NCBI GenBank assembly: GCA_965223325.1
Contig: CBDCWI010000002.1
Span: 4,096,001-4,160,000, forward strand
Source: Candidatus Multivoradales bacterium
GTDB lineage: Bacteria; Acidobacteriota; Thermoanaerobaculia; Multivoradales; Multivoraceae
DNA length: 64,000 nucleotides
Direction of reading: 5' to 3'
Part shown: piece after piece, positions 63,597 to 64,000 of the stretch
How positions within the stretch are numbered: the stretch's first letter is position 1
Layout: each line of letters starts with the position of its first letter
Translations under genes and position numbers: made by a program
The notes under the pieces: model-generated
What the model was told of the DNA's origin: nothing
Seen by the model: only the letters and a program-made list of their open reading frames with translations
Database searches by the model: none

Positions 63597-64000
63597 TTGG
63601 CCACGCTGTTCGACATCGTCACTGAGAGGGTCAATGGGGCTCCTTTCGGCCACCCGCCTGAGCCCTGGTCTCGACCTTCGACCATTGCAGTAGGAGGCCT
63701 GTTGTCGATTGGATTTGCTCCGTCCACAGAACTCCTCCTGGTCACATCGCACGATGGCCGAGGACTCATCGATTGCGGGAGCGGTCGCCTAGTTGAGCGG
63801 AACCGAAACGTGACCGAGGCGTTCGAGGATCCATACTTGCTCGAGGCCGAGGGTATTGGCCCTCTAGCTGGGACGTCCGTCCGCATGGCCGGCTTCTACG
63901 GAGGAGGGCTGCCTCGGACTACTCGAGACGGCTGGTCTGTCGAGGTACTGCCCATCGACTGGCCAAGCGACACCCTCGTGCTCGTCCATCCCGGTTCTTG
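63597..64000 (+). CDS. Hypothetical protein, runs off the window (possible gene cassette); absent from the ORF track
   Basis: GGAGG SD at 63583 and TTG start; open to the window end: ...PEPW...IAVGGLLSIGF...LLLVTSHDGRGLIDC...AEGIGPLAG..VRMAG.YGGGLP..T.DGW. Confidence 0.75.
   Translation, partial: MATLFDIVTERVNGAPFGHPPEPWSRPSTIAVGGLLSIGFAPSTELLLVTSHDGRGLIDCGSGRLVERNRNVTEAFEDPYLLEAEGIGPLAGTSVRMAGFYGGGLPRTTRDGWSVEVLPIDWPSDTLVLVHPGS

Overview
GC-rich bacterial chromosomal segment, most likely Acidobacteriota (inferred from GWxTD-type and acidobacterial-type VWA proteins, a stand-alone DnaC-like gene next to SpoIID, and a DUF1844/DUF4388-dnaK cluster). Most of the window is housekeeping: envC-S41-yibQ, vapBC, mazG, dnaK-hsp20-hspR, mce, carA/carB, fumC, dinB-hslR, ompA, rlmD, ugd and a UXS-like gene, mlaEFD, plsC, mrp, lpxH, aroA, ligD/ku and infC. 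No rRNA, tRNA, CRISPR array or transposase gene is recognisable. The most striking unexplained structure is a family of about 250-nt non-coding elements at three intergenic loci (9023-10110, 17278-18210, 38165-39235). Each starts at a gene's stop codon, has a 16-18 bp covarying stem ending GTGGT/ACCAC around a 77-78 nt loop, shares a GCAAGCGGTCCG...CCCTGCA...GTCGCGC core, and is locally amplified as tandem multimers (units of 132/255, 252 and 209 bp). Other points of interest are an S41 protease lacking both catalytic residues, a 279-aa histone H1-like protein made of only K/R/T/A, an archaeal-type (class II) GAPDH-like enzyme, a PTPS-III-type enzyme, a ClpX-like ATPase without ZBD or IGF loop, a pseudokinase-TPR-sigma54 activator, and a possible integron attI site with a first cassette at the right edge but no adjacent integrase. 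All calls come from reading motifs by eye; no database searches were run.
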